A model generated the notes under the pieces. It made no database searches. It was not told where the DNA came from and saw only the letters and a list, made by a program, of their open reading frames with translations. A stretch of DNA of 61,970 nt, counting the filler, from Myxococcota bacterium (lineage in GTDB: Bacteria > Myxococcota > Myxococcia > Myxococcales > Myxococcaceae): the NCBI GenBank assembly GCA_049322255.1. It is 4 parts of 4 records of this genome, joined end to end, with 100 filler letters (N's around TTAATTAATTAA, not from the genome) between each part and the next. Parts side by side here need not be neighbours in the genome. Positions count along the whole stretch, not along the records: positions 31,373 to 46,854 come from JBMORE010000100.1; 3 more parts are not named here. One strand, given 5' to 3'. The stretch's first letter is position 1, and every line of letters begins with the position of its first letter. The position numbers and the translations under genes are program-made. Shown piece after piece: positions 36,132 to 46,954 of the stretch.

Positions 36132-38261
36132 ATGAAAGCCCGCTCCGCTCTACTGCTGTGGACTTGTCTTTCCTGCGCGACTGCCGATGAAGCGGCCAAG
36201 CACGACCCGCCCCCGAGCACGCCGACGTCGGCGAAGCTGAACACGCCACCCGTTTCCGACCCCTATCGCTGGTTGGAGGCGGAGAAGGCCCCCGAGGTGC
36301 AGGCGTGGATGAAGGCCCAGGACGCGGAGGCGCGAAAAAAGCTGGATGCGCTTCGGGGGCGTGACGCGCTGCTTCGCCGCTATGCCGAGCTCTACTACCT
36401 CGACAGCGTGACGCCGCCCATCAAGCGTGCGGGCCGCTACTTCTACACCCGCACCCACAAAGACAAGGAGAAGGCGATTCTCTACTGGCGGCGGGGACAG
36501 AAGGGCGAGGAGAAGGTGCTGCTCGACCCCAACACCTGGTCGTCCGACGGAGCCGTCTCTTTGGGGCGCTGGGTGCCTTCGTGGGATGGGAAGAAGGTGG
36601 TCTTCCAACGCAAGCCCAACGCCGCCGACGAAGCGGTGCTCCACGTGGTGGAGGTGGACAGCGGCGAGTGGTCGAAGGTGGACGTCATCGAGGGCGGCAA
36701 GTACGCCGGCCCCAGCTGGACGCCCGACAGCAAGGCCTTCTATTACGAGTGGCTCCCGGTGGACGCGAGTATTCCGGTGAGCGAGCGCCCCGGTTACACC
36801 GAGCTACGGCTGCACCGGTTGGGCACCGACCCCAAGATGGACGTGGTCGTTCATCCCCGCACCGCCAACCCGTCTACCTTTCTGAGCGGGCAGCTCAGCC
36901 GCGACGGGAAGTACTTCTTCGCCTACATCCACCGCGGGTGGAACGAGAACGACATCTATGTGATGCGTCCGGGCAAGGACGAGAAGTTTGAGCTCTTGGT
37001 GAAGGGGGAGGGCGCGCTCTACGAGGCGCATCCGTGGAAGGGCAAGTTCTACGTCCTCACCGATGAAGGCGCTCCCAACAAGCGGGTGATGGTAGTCGAC
37101 CCCAAGAAGCCTGCGCGGGCGCACTGGAAGGAGCTCGTCCCCGAAGACAAGTCGGCGGCGGTCCAGGAGCTTGCCCTCGTCGGTGGACATCTGGCGCTCC
37201 ACTACCTGCGCAACGCGGCCAGCGAAGTGAAGCTGTTCTCCTCGAGCGGTCAGCAGGTGCGCACGGTGACGCTGCCGGGGTTGGGCACCGCCACCAACCT
37301 CATCGGTCTGGAGGACGACGACGAGACTTACTTCGCCTTCAGCTCCTTCACCCTGCCGCGACAGGTGTTCAAGGTGTCGGTGAAGAGCGGCCAGAGCGAG
37401 CCGTGGTTTCAGCTCGAGGTGCCGGTCGACCCTTCTCCCTACACCGTCGAGCAGGTCTTCTACCCCTCGAAGGATGGCACCCGTGTCTCGATGTTCATCG
37501 TGCGGCGGAAGGACCTGGTGAGAGACGGCAGCCACCCGACGCTCCTTTACGGCTACGGCGGCTTCGATGTCAGCCTCACCTCTTCCTTCACCTCGTTCAT
37601 CTATCCCTGGCTGGAGGCGGGCGGGGTCTACGCGGTGCCCAACCTGCGCGGGGGCGGTGAGTACGGCAAGGCGTGGCACGACGCGGGCAAAGGGCGCTTG
37701 AAGCAGAACGTCTTCGACGACTTCATCGCCGCCGCCGAGTACCTGGTGAAAGAGAGGTACACCCGTCCCGAGAGGCTCGCCATTCGCGGCGGCAGCAACG
37801 GAGGGCTCTTGGTGGGTGCGGCGATGACTCAGCGCCCCGACCTCTTTGGCGCCGTCATCTGCGCGGTGCCGCTGCTCGACATGGTGCGCTACCACCTCTT
37901 CGGCAGTGGAAAGACGTGGATTCCGGAGTACGGCGACCCCGACAAGCCCGAGGACTTCGCCGTCCTACACGCCTACTCGCCCTACCATCGGGTGAAGGAG
38001 GGCACGCGCTACCCTCCGCTGCTCATGATGTCGGCCGACCACGACGACCGGGTCGACCCGATGCACGCGCGTAAGTTCGTCGCCGCCCTGCAAGCGGCCG
38101 CTTCCGGCAACGAGGTGTGGCTGCGCATCGAGGGAAACGCGGGGCATGGTGGGGCCGACCAGGTGAAGAAGTCGATCGAGTCCTCCGCCGACCAAGTCGC
38201 CTTCCTCTTTCACGCCCTGCCGGGGTTCGAGCCCACTTCGAGCGTGAGCGCCAAGCCGTAG
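36132..38261 (+). CDS. pep: Prolyl oligopeptidase (S9A), lipoprotein-like signal
   Basis: DPYRWLE, YGYGGF, NLRGGGEYG, GGSNGGLL, DDRVDP, GHGG. Confidence 0.93.
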   Translation: MKARSALLLWTCLSCATADEAAKHDPPPSTPTSAKLNTPPVSDPYRWLEAEKAPEVQAWMKAQDAEARKKLDALRGRDALLRRYAELYYLDSVTPPIKRAGRYFYTRTHKDKEKAILYWRRGQKGEEKVLLDPNTWSSDGAVSLGRWVPSWDGKKVVFQRKPNAADEAVLHVVEVDSGEWSKVDVIEGGKYAGPSWTPDSKAFYYEWLPVDASIPVSERPGYTELRLHRLGTDPKMDVVVHPRTANPSTFLSGQLSRDGKYFFAYIHRGWNENDIYVMRPGKDEKFELLVKGEGALYEAHPWKGKFYVLTDEGAPNKRVMVVDPKKPARAHWKELVPEDKSAAVQELALVGGHLALHYLRNAASEVKLFSSSGQQVRTVTLPGLGTATNLIGLEDDDETYFAFSSFTLPRQVFKVSVKSGQSEPWFQLEVPVDPSPYTVEQVFYPSKDGTRVSMFIVRRKDLVRDGSHPTLLYGYGGFDVSLTSSFTSFIYPWLEAGGVYAVPNLRGGGEYGKAWHDAGKGRLKQNVFDDFIAAAEYLVKERYTRPERLAIRGGSNGGLLVGAAMTQRPDLFGAVICAVPLLDMVRYHLFGSGKTWIPEYGDPDKPEDFAVLHAYSPYHRVKEGTRYPPLLMMSADHDDRVDPMHARKFVAALQAAASGNEVWLRIEGNAGHGGADQVKKSIESSADQVAFLFHALPGFEPTSSVSAKP

Positions 38262-38331
38262 CGAATGGACGTTTCCTTGCGCAGCGGCCTGGTTGCCGGC
38301 ATCTATGGGGAACGGGCGCTCGTCCAGACCG

Positions 38332-38340
38332 TGTTATAAG
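38332..38340 (+). promoter_or_regulatory. Putative extended -10 promoter element of lon
   Basis: TG-n-TATAAG, 32 nt upstream of the lon ATG, in a GC-rich background. Confidence 0.35.
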
Positions 38341-38372
38341 GTCACAACTTTTCGCGTGGGGTAGCCAGCCGC

Positions 38373-40820
<2,448 letters not shown>

Positions 40821-40908
40821 ACGCCCGCCCGCTCGCCGCCCGAGCGGTCGCTGGAGCAGCTGGCCGCACAGGAAAGTCCAGAGCACTACTTTTGACCTCG
40901 GAGTCGTC

Positions 40909-41361
40909 ATGCCCATCGACTACGAGGCGCCGACGGTCGCTCCGCCGCCGCTTCTTTTACAGGAGATGGAGGACCGCGCCCGGCTCGAGCCGGCGGTGGG
41001 GCGGGTGTTGGTGGTCGAGGACGACCCGGCTCAGCGGGAGCTCTTGGTGGAGATGCTCCTCGCCTGGCGTTACCAGCCCTTGGCGGTGGGGACCGCGGAA
41101 GAGGCGGAGCATGCGGCGCGGCGCAACCACTTCGAGGCGGCGATCGTCGACATCTTCCTCCCGGGGAAGAGCGGAGAGGCGCTCATCGGAACGCTGCGCG
41201 AACGCTTCCCCGACAGCGTGCTCATCGGCATCAGCGCGCTGGGTGACTCGATGATGGCGCGGCGCTGCAAGGTCAAGGGCGCCGACCTGTTCCTTTCCAA
41301 GCCGATCGATCCCGAAGCGCTCGCTCAGGCGCTGCAGACCAACCACAAGAGCTGGCACTAG
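40909..41361 (+). CDS. Single-domain response regulator
   Basis: VLVVEDD, IVDIFLPGKSG, FLSKP. Confidence 0.85.
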   Translation: MPIDYEAPTVAPPPLLLQEMEDRARLEPAVGRVLVVEDDPAQRELLVEMLLAWRYQPLAVGTAEEAEHAARRNHFEAAIVDIFLPGKSGEALIGTLRERFPDSVLIGISALGDSMMARRCKVKGADLFLSKPIDPEALAQALQTNHKSWH

Positions 41362-42383
41362 CCTTCCGTGTCGAAGACCACCTTGCCCCGATTCTTCCCC
41401 TCTTGGAGATATCGGTGGGCCTGCGCGCCCTGGGAGAGGGGAAAGACCTGGTCCACGTGCGGTTTGATGGCGCCCTTCTCGAAGAGGGTAAGCAGCTTCA
41501 CCATGTGGCCGCGTAGCAGCGCAAGCTCGCTCCACAGGTGCCCCAGGTTGACGCCGGAGACGCTCTTGTTGTCCTGCATGAGCTTCATGGGTGAGAAGCG
41601 CGGCATCCTCAGGAACTGGGAAACCAACCGAGAGAGCCGGCGTCGTTCTCCTGCGACCATGTTCGCCCACCCGAAGGCCACCAGGTGCCCCCCGGGGGCG
41701 AGGAGGTCGTAGCCTTTCTTCCAGTCGGGGCCGCCGAGCGGGTCGAGCACCAGATCCACTCCACGGCCGCCGGTGGCCTTGCGCACCACCTCGGCGTAGT
41801 CCTGCGTGCGGTAGTCGATCGGGTGCTGCATACCCTCGCTGCGCAAGTAGTCGTGCTTTGCCGCCGAGGCCGTGCCAAAGAGCTCCACCCCTTCCGTCTG
41901 GCGGCACAGCTGCACGATGGCGCTCCCCACGCCGCCCGAGGCCATGTGCACCAGCACTTTGGCCCCCGGCCGGAGCGACGCCACGTGGAAGAGCATGTGG
42001 AAGGCGGTGAGGTAGTTCACCGGAATGGCCGCCGCTTCCTCGAAGCTCATCAGCTCGGGCATCGCCAGCGCTTGGCAGGCGCTGACCACCACCCGGTTGG
42101 AGTGGCCCTTGAAGCGGACGCCAGCGAGCACCCGCTGCCCGACACGCAGGCCTTCCACACCCCCTCCCAACGCTCCCACGGTGCCGGCGACTTCGTAACC
42201 CACCACCATCGGAGGCTTGGGGGCGTCGGGGTAGAGGCCGACCCGGGCGGTGACATCGGCGAAGTTCAACCCCGAGCGCGCGACGTGGATCAGCACCTCT
42301 CCGGGGCCGGGCGCTGGATCCGGCTCCTCGCGCAGCTTCAGCACCTCCGGCCCGCCGTAGCGGGTGATGTAGAGAGAGCGCAC
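41358..42383 (-). CDS. MDR-family quinone oxidoreductase (VAT-1-like)
   Basis: YGGPEVL, GLNFADV, GYEVAG, PVNYLTA, HMASGGVG, GKNRGKVV; GTG start 42383. Confidence 0.88.
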   Translation of the reverse strand: MRSLYITRYGGPEVLKLREEPDPAPGPGEVLIHVARSGLNFADVTARVGLYPDAPKPPMVVGYEVAGTVGALGGGVEGLRVGQRVLAGVRFKGHSNRVVVSACQALAMPELMSFEEAAAIPVNYLTAFHMLFHVASLRPGAKVLVHMASGGVGSAIVQLCRQTEGVELFGTASAAKHDYLRSEGMQHPIDYRTQDYAEVVRKATGGRGVDLVLDPLGGPDWKKGYDLLAPGGHLVAFGWANMVAGERRRLSRLVSQFLRMPRFSPMKLMQDNKSVSGVNLGHLWSELALLRGHMVKLLTLFEKGAIKPHVDQVFPLSQGAQAHRYLQEGKNRGKVVFDTEG

Positions 42384-42466
42384 GAAATGCAAGCGTGTAC
42401 GACATGCGGACTTCAGAGGAAAGAAACCTCGCCGCCGTCGGTTGCGCGGTGGACCGAAGTGGCAGG

Positions 42467-43024
42467 ATGCTTGCCTCGTTGAAGACACTTGCTCCAGGTT
42501 TCCTCATCGCCATGCCCCAGTTGGGAGACCCCAACTTTCACCGGTCGGTGGTGTTGATGATCGAGCACACCGACGGCGGGGCGATGGGGCTGGTGGTCAA
42601 CCGCGCCGCGCCCCTCACCTTGAAAGACGTGGCCAAGGGCCAGTCCTTGCGGATTGCCGCCGAGCGCTCGGTCGAGTCGGTCTTCGTCGGGGGGCCGGTG
42701 GAGCCGCAACGGGGCTTCGTGCTCCACGACTCAGAGCAGATTTTGGAGAAGCACGAGGTGGTGCCAGGCCTCTTCCTCAGCCTCACCCTCGATGCGCTCC
42801 AGCCCCTTTTGCAAGACCCCCACCGCCGCATGCGTTTTTGTCTCGGGTACGCCGGCTGGGGGCCGCAGCAGATCGAGAAGGAGCTTTCCCAGGGGGCATG
42901 GCTCTTCACCGAGGCGGCGGCAAGCCCGATTCTCGACAGCAAGCCCGACGAGCTGTGGGACACGACGCTGCGCGAGATGGGGGTCGATCCTGCCATGCTC
43001 CAGATGAGCCGAGGGGTGCACTGA
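42467..43024 (+). CDS. YqgE/AlgH (DUF179) family protein
   Basis: FLIAMPQLGDPNFHRSVV, GAMGLVVNR, GGPVE, LGYAGWGPQQIEKE. Confidence 0.9.
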   Translation: MLASLKTLAPGFLIAMPQLGDPNFHRSVVLMIEHTDGGAMGLVVNRAAPLTLKDVAKGQSLRIAAERSVESVFVGGPVEPQRGFVLHDSEQILEKHEVVPGLFLSLTLDALQPLLQDPHRRMRFCLGYAGWGPQQIEKELSQGAWLFTEAAASPILDSKPDELWDTTLREMGVDPAMLQMSRGVH

Positions 43025-43278
43025 TGCTCGACCCCGAGCTGATTCGCGCGCGCATCGTGGCGGCGCTGCCCGGCGCCGACGTCGAGGTGAAGGACCTCAC
43101 CGGCACGGGAGACCATTTCGAGGCCCGGGTGGTGAGCGAGGCCTTCGCCGGCAGGTCGATGGTCGAGCAGCACCAGGCGGTGTACGCACCGCTGTCCGAC
43201 CTCTTGCAGAGCGGGGTCTTGCACGCCCTGGCGCTCAAGACGTATTCCCCTGAGCAATGGAACCGACGTCACCCATGA
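43024..43278 (+). CDS. BolA/IbaG family protein
   Basis: GTGDHFEARVVSEAFAG..QHQAVY..LHALALKT; TGATG coupling to the upstream gene. Confidence 0.9.
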   Translation: MLDPELIRARIVAALPGADVEVKDLTGTGDHFEARVVSEAFAGRSMVEQHQAVYAPLSDLLQSGVLHALALKTYSPEQWNRRHP

Positions 43279-43586
43279 CCCCCGAGCTGAAAGAACGGCT
43301 GGACCGCGAGGTCTCGTCGCACCCCATCGTCATCTACATGAAGGGCAATGCGCTCTTCCCCCGCTGCGGCTTCTCTGCCCAGGCCTTGGAGACGCTCAAG
43401 CGCTACGGCGAGCCGCACGCGGTCGACGTGCTCGCCGATCCGGCGCTGCGCGAGGGCATCAAGCTGTACACGAAGTGGCCGACCATTCCCCAGGTCTTCA
43501 TCCACGGAAAGTTCGTGGGCGGCTGCGACATCGTGCGTGAGCTCGACGAGCGGGGGGAGCTCGCGGCGATGATTCAAGGCCGCTGA
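43275..43586 (+). CDS. grxD: Monothiol glutaredoxin (Grx4 family)
   Basis: YMKG, CGFS, WPTIPQVFI, GGCDI; ATGA coupling to the bolA gene. Confidence 0.93.
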   Translation: MTPELKERLDREVSSHPIVIYMKGNALFPRCGFSAQALETLKRYGEPHAVDVLADPALREGIKLYTKWPTIPQVFIHGKFVGGCDIVRELDERGELAAMIQGR

Positions 43587-43596
43587 CACCGCACGG

Positions 43597-44292
43597 ATGG
43601 ACGACGCCGAGGAGAAGACCCGTCGCATCGTCGAGGCACGGCTCAAGCTGCGCCAACGCTTTTTGGAAAAAATGGCGAAGACCCCGGGTCGAAGCGACGA
43701 GCGCCCGCTGGGCAGCGGCCCTCCCAACCGCCATGGAATGCCCAAGCTTCCCATCGGTCAGCATGAGACCAAGAGCTGGCCGGTGCTCGACCTGGGCATT
43801 CACCCCGAGGTGTCGCTGGACCAATGGTCGCTTCGGGTCGACGGCGCGGTCGAGGCGCCGCTGACACTCTCCTGGTCCGACTTCCTCGCGCTCCCGCAGA
43901 TGGAGGACGTGAGCGACTTTCACTGCGTCACCACCTGGAGCCTGATGGACGCGCGGTGGAAGGGGGTGTCCTTCGCTACCCTGGCGGCGCTGGTGCGGCC
44001 GTTGACGGCGGCGACGCACGTGATGACCTACGCCTACGACGGCTACACCACCAACCTGGCGCTCGAGGAGGCGCTCAAGGACGATGTTCTCTTGGTGCAC
44101 TCTTGGGAAGGCCGCCCGCTCCCTCGGGAGCATGGCGGGCCGGTGCGGATGATCACCCCCCAGCTCTACGCGTGGAAGGGTGCGAAGTGGGTCAACCGCA
44201 TCGAGCTCCTCACCGCAGACCGAAAGGGCTACTGGGAAGTCCGTGGATACAGCAACACAGCTCACCCCTGGCGAGACGACCGGTACGCCTGA
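43597..44292 (+). CDS. Sulfite-oxidase-family molybdopterin oxidoreductase
   Basis: DFHCVTTWS, EHGGPVR, YAWKGAKWV, GYWEVRGY. Confidence 0.88.
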   Translation: MDDAEEKTRRIVEARLKLRQRFLEKMAKTPGRSDERPLGSGPPNRHGMPKLPIGQHETKSWPVLDLGIHPEVSLDQWSLRVDGAVEAPLTLSWSDFLALPQMEDVSDFHCVTTWSLMDARWKGVSFATLAALVRPLTAATHVMTYAYDGYTTNLALEEALKDDVLLVHSWEGRPLPREHGGPVRMITPQLYAWKGAKWVNRIELLTADRKGYWEVRGYSNTAHPWRDDRYA

Positions 44293-45394
44293 CGGTTTTT
44301 TCGCCCGGTTGCACGCCTTCCGCGAGCAGCACGCGAAGAAGGAGATCGCCCTCTTCTTCACCGCGGGGTTTCTCTTCGACGTCTTCACCCTCGACCGTAT
44401 CGACAGCGTGCTCACCTTGGCGCAGCAGGGCGGATACCTCGTGATGCTCTTGGGGTTGCTCCTCTACGAGCAGCGGCACGAGCTGAAGCTGGCGCGGCCC
44501 GGCAAGTGGGTGGAGCGGGCGTGGCGCTTCTCCGAAGACGCGCTGCACTTCTTGCTGGGAAGCCTTCTCTCCAGCTTCTCCCTCTTCTATTTCAAGAGCG
44601 CCTCCGGCATCGCGGCGCTGGGGTTTTTAGGCTTCACCTTCGCGGTGCTGGTGGCCAACGAGCTGCCACGCTTTCGCCGGCTGGGCCACGTGGTGCGGGT
44701 GGGGCTGTTCGCCTTCTGCGTGACCTCCTTCTTGTCCTACGTGGTGCCAATCGCCTTCGGCTTCCTCTCTCCCTGGCTGTTTCTCCTCGCCGCGTCTCTC
44801 TCGGCGGCGGTGGGGTACGGGGTGTTCCACTGGGTGCGCCGCTGGGGAGGCAACCCCTGGGCGATGCGCCGCATCGGCGCTCCCTATGGTGGGGTGGTGG
44901 GGGTGATGTTGGGGGCGTACTTTCTCGGCGCGGTGCCGCCGATTCCGGTGCACGCGGAGAAGCTGGGCATCTACCACGAGGTGACGGCGGAGAAGCTGGA
45001 GGGGGGCAAGCGGGAGTACCTGCTGCTCCACCAGCGCCCGTGGTGGAAGGTGTGGCAGCGCGGCGATCAAACCTTTCACGCGCGCCCCGGAGATCGCGCC
45101 TACGTCTTCGTCAGCGTGTTCGCCCCCACCAAGTTCGCCGACCAGGTGCGGGTGAAGTGGCGCTACAAGGACGTCAAGCGGGGCTGGGTCGACCAGGGGC
45201 CGGGGACGCTGCTCTCGGTGGTGGGCGGGCGCGACCAGGGCTTTCGGACCTTCGCCTACAACTCCGACCCCCGGCCGGGGAAGTGGGAGGCGCAGGTGCT
45301 CACCGACGACGGGCGCGTCATCGGGGAAATCGGGATGACGGTGCTCGAGGACCCGAGCACCGAGCCGCGCACTTTCCTCGAGGAACGGTACTAG
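44243..45394 (+). CDS. DUF2914-type membrane protein
   Basis: FFTAGFLFDVFTLDRID, about 8 transmembrane helices, C-terminal FAPT..GGRDQGFRTF..GKW..TDDGRVIG; start uncertain. Confidence 0.75.
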   Translation: MDTATQLTPGETTGTPDGFFARLHAFREQHAKKEIALFFTAGFLFDVFTLDRIDSVLTLAQQGGYLVMLLGLLLYEQRHELKLARPGKWVERAWRFSEDALHFLLGSLLSSFSLFYFKSASGIAALGFLGFTFAVLVANELPRFRRLGHVVRVGLFAFCVTSFLSYVVPIAFGFLSPWLFLLAASLSAAVGYGVFHWVRRWGGNPWAMRRIGAPYGGVVGVMLGAYFLGAVPPIPVHAEKLGIYHEVTAEKLEGGKREYLLLHQRPWWKVWQRGDQTFHARPGDRAYVFVSVFAPTKFADQVRVKWRYKDVKRGWVDQGPGTLLSVVGGRDQGFRTFAYNSDPRPGKWEAQVLTDDGRVIGEIGMTVLEDPSTEPRTFLEERY

Positions 45395-46854
45395 CGCCGC
45401 CGGGCCGGCTTCTTCGCCTTCCACAGCTTCGCCATCCACGCCTCGACGTCTTCCGGTGCGCTGGGGAAAGCGGCGGTGAGGTTCTTCATGCCCTTGTCGG
45501 TGACGAGCACGTCGTCCTCGATGCGCACCCCGATGCCCCGGTACTTCGCCGGCACGGTGAGGTCGTCGAGTTGGAAGTAGAGCCCCGGCTCCACGGTGAG
45601 GCACATGCCGGCTTTGAGCTTGCCGAGCTTGTAGGCCTCCTGGCGGGCCTGGGCGCAGTCATGCACGTCGAGCCCGAGCATGTGGCTCACGTTGTGGAGC
45701 GAGTAGCGCTTGTAGAACTGGTGCTCGTCTTTGAGCGCCTCCTCGGCGGAGGTGCGCAGGATGCCCAAGCGCGCCAACCCTTCGGCCAAAACCCGCATCG
45801 CCGCCACGTTGGGCGCCATGAAGTCGTTGCCCGGCTTGACCTCCTTGAACGCCGCCGCCTGCGCCGCGAGCACCAGCGAGTAGATGTCCCGCTGCGCCGG
45901 GGTGAACTTGCCGCTCACCGGGAGGGTGCGCGTGACGTCGGCGGTGTAGAGGGTGTCGTTCTCCACCCCCGCGTCGAGGAGCAACAGGTCGCCTTTTTTC
46001 AGCGGCCCGTCGTTGCGGGTCCAGTGGAGGATGCAGGCGTGGTGCCCAGCGGCGGCGATGGTGCCGTAGCCGACGTCGTTGCCTTCCACCCGCGCGCGCA
46101 AGTTGAACACCCCCTCCACGTGCCGCTCGGTGCCACCGGCTTGGAGGGCGCGGATGACGTCTTCGAATCCCTTCTTGGTCGAGGCGATCGCCTTCGACAG
46201 CTCCTTTATCTCGAGCGTGTCCTTGAGCAGGCGCATCTCGTGGAGAGCGGCGGTCAGCTCCTTGTCGCGGTCCTGCTCGGGAAGCGAGTGGTCGAGCTCC
46301 TCGTCGATGCCGCGAATCAGCCGCCACGCCTTGCCGGCCACGCGCAGTCTTTGGAGCGAGTCTTTGAGCTCGGGCAGCCCGCGCGCCTCGTGCACGTCGA
46401 ACGCCTGCCGGCTCTGCTCCACCCCCAGCCGCGGGCCCACCCACAGCTCGCCTTTCTTGCGGTCGGTGAAGAAGGTGGCGTCGGAGCGACCCGGGTTCGG
46501 TTCGACGAAGAGGAGGTCGCGGTGGCCCTCGCCCTCGGGCTCCAGCACCAGCACGCAGTCGGGCTCGAGGTTGCCGGTGAGGTAGTAGAAGTCGCTCCCC
46601 GGACGGAAGCGGAAGTAGGTGTCGTTGGAGCGCAGCTTCTCGTGGCCGGTGGGAATCACCAGCACGTCGTTGGGGAAGAGCTTGGAGAGGGCGCGGCGCC
46701 GGGAGGCGAAGACCTCGGCGTTCTTGATGCGCGTGGGAGTCTTGCCCGCCGGCGCCTTCCACTGCTTCATCATGAAGTCGAGGAGCGCCTGCGGCGGCTG
46801 CGTGTCGTGGCTCGCCGGCTTGGCGGGTTGGGTCTCGTCCTTGAGGTAGGTCAT
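45391..46854 (-). CDS. pepP: Xaa-Pro aminopeptidase (M24B)
   Basis: SDFYYLTG, ILHW, LLDAG, YTADVTRT, HMLGLDVHD, TVEPGLY, RIEDD. ATG sits at the contig edge, so the 5' end may be clipped. Confidence 0.92.
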   Translation of the reverse strand: MTYLKDETQPAKPASHDTQPPQALLDFMMKQWKAPAGKTPTRIKNAEVFASRRRALSKLFPNDVLVIPTGHEKLRSNDTYFRFRPGSDFYYLTGNLEPDCVLVLEPEGEGHRDLLFVEPNPGRSDATFFTDRKKGELWVGPRLGVEQSRQAFDVHEARGLPELKDSLQRLRVAGKAWRLIRGIDEELDHSLPEQDRDKELTAALHEMRLLKDTLEIKELSKAIASTKKGFEDVIRALQAGGTERHVEGVFNLRARVEGNDVGYGTIAAAGHHACILHWTRNDGPLKKGDLLLLDAGVENDTLYTADVTRTLPVSGKFTPAQRDIYSLVLAAQAAAFKEVKPGNDFMAPNVAAMRVLAEGLARLGILRTSAEEALKDEHQFYKRYSLHNVSHMLGLDVHDCAQARQEAYKLGKLKAGMCLTVEPGLYFQLDDLTVPAKYRGIGVRIEDDVLVTDKGMKNLTAAFPSAPEDVEAWMAKLWKAKKPARRR

Positions 46855-46954
46855 NNNNNNNNNNNNNNNNNNNNNNNNNNNNNNNNNNNNNNNNNNNNTT
46901 AATTAATTAANNNNNNNNNNNNNNNNNNNNNNNNNNNNNNNNNNNNNNNNNNNN
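46855..46954. other. Artificial contig-join spacer
   Basis: N44-TTAATTAATTAA-N44. Confidence 0.97.

Noticed and set aside
36132..38261. Prolyl oligopeptidase interrupting clpX-lon as a novelty
   Set aside because: As I recall, the same arrangement occurs in Myxococcus, so it is a lineage marker rather than a new system.
44506..46902. 798-aa plus-strand ORF
   Set aside because: Off-frame of DUF2914 joined to the antisense of pepP; it ends in the artificial spacer.
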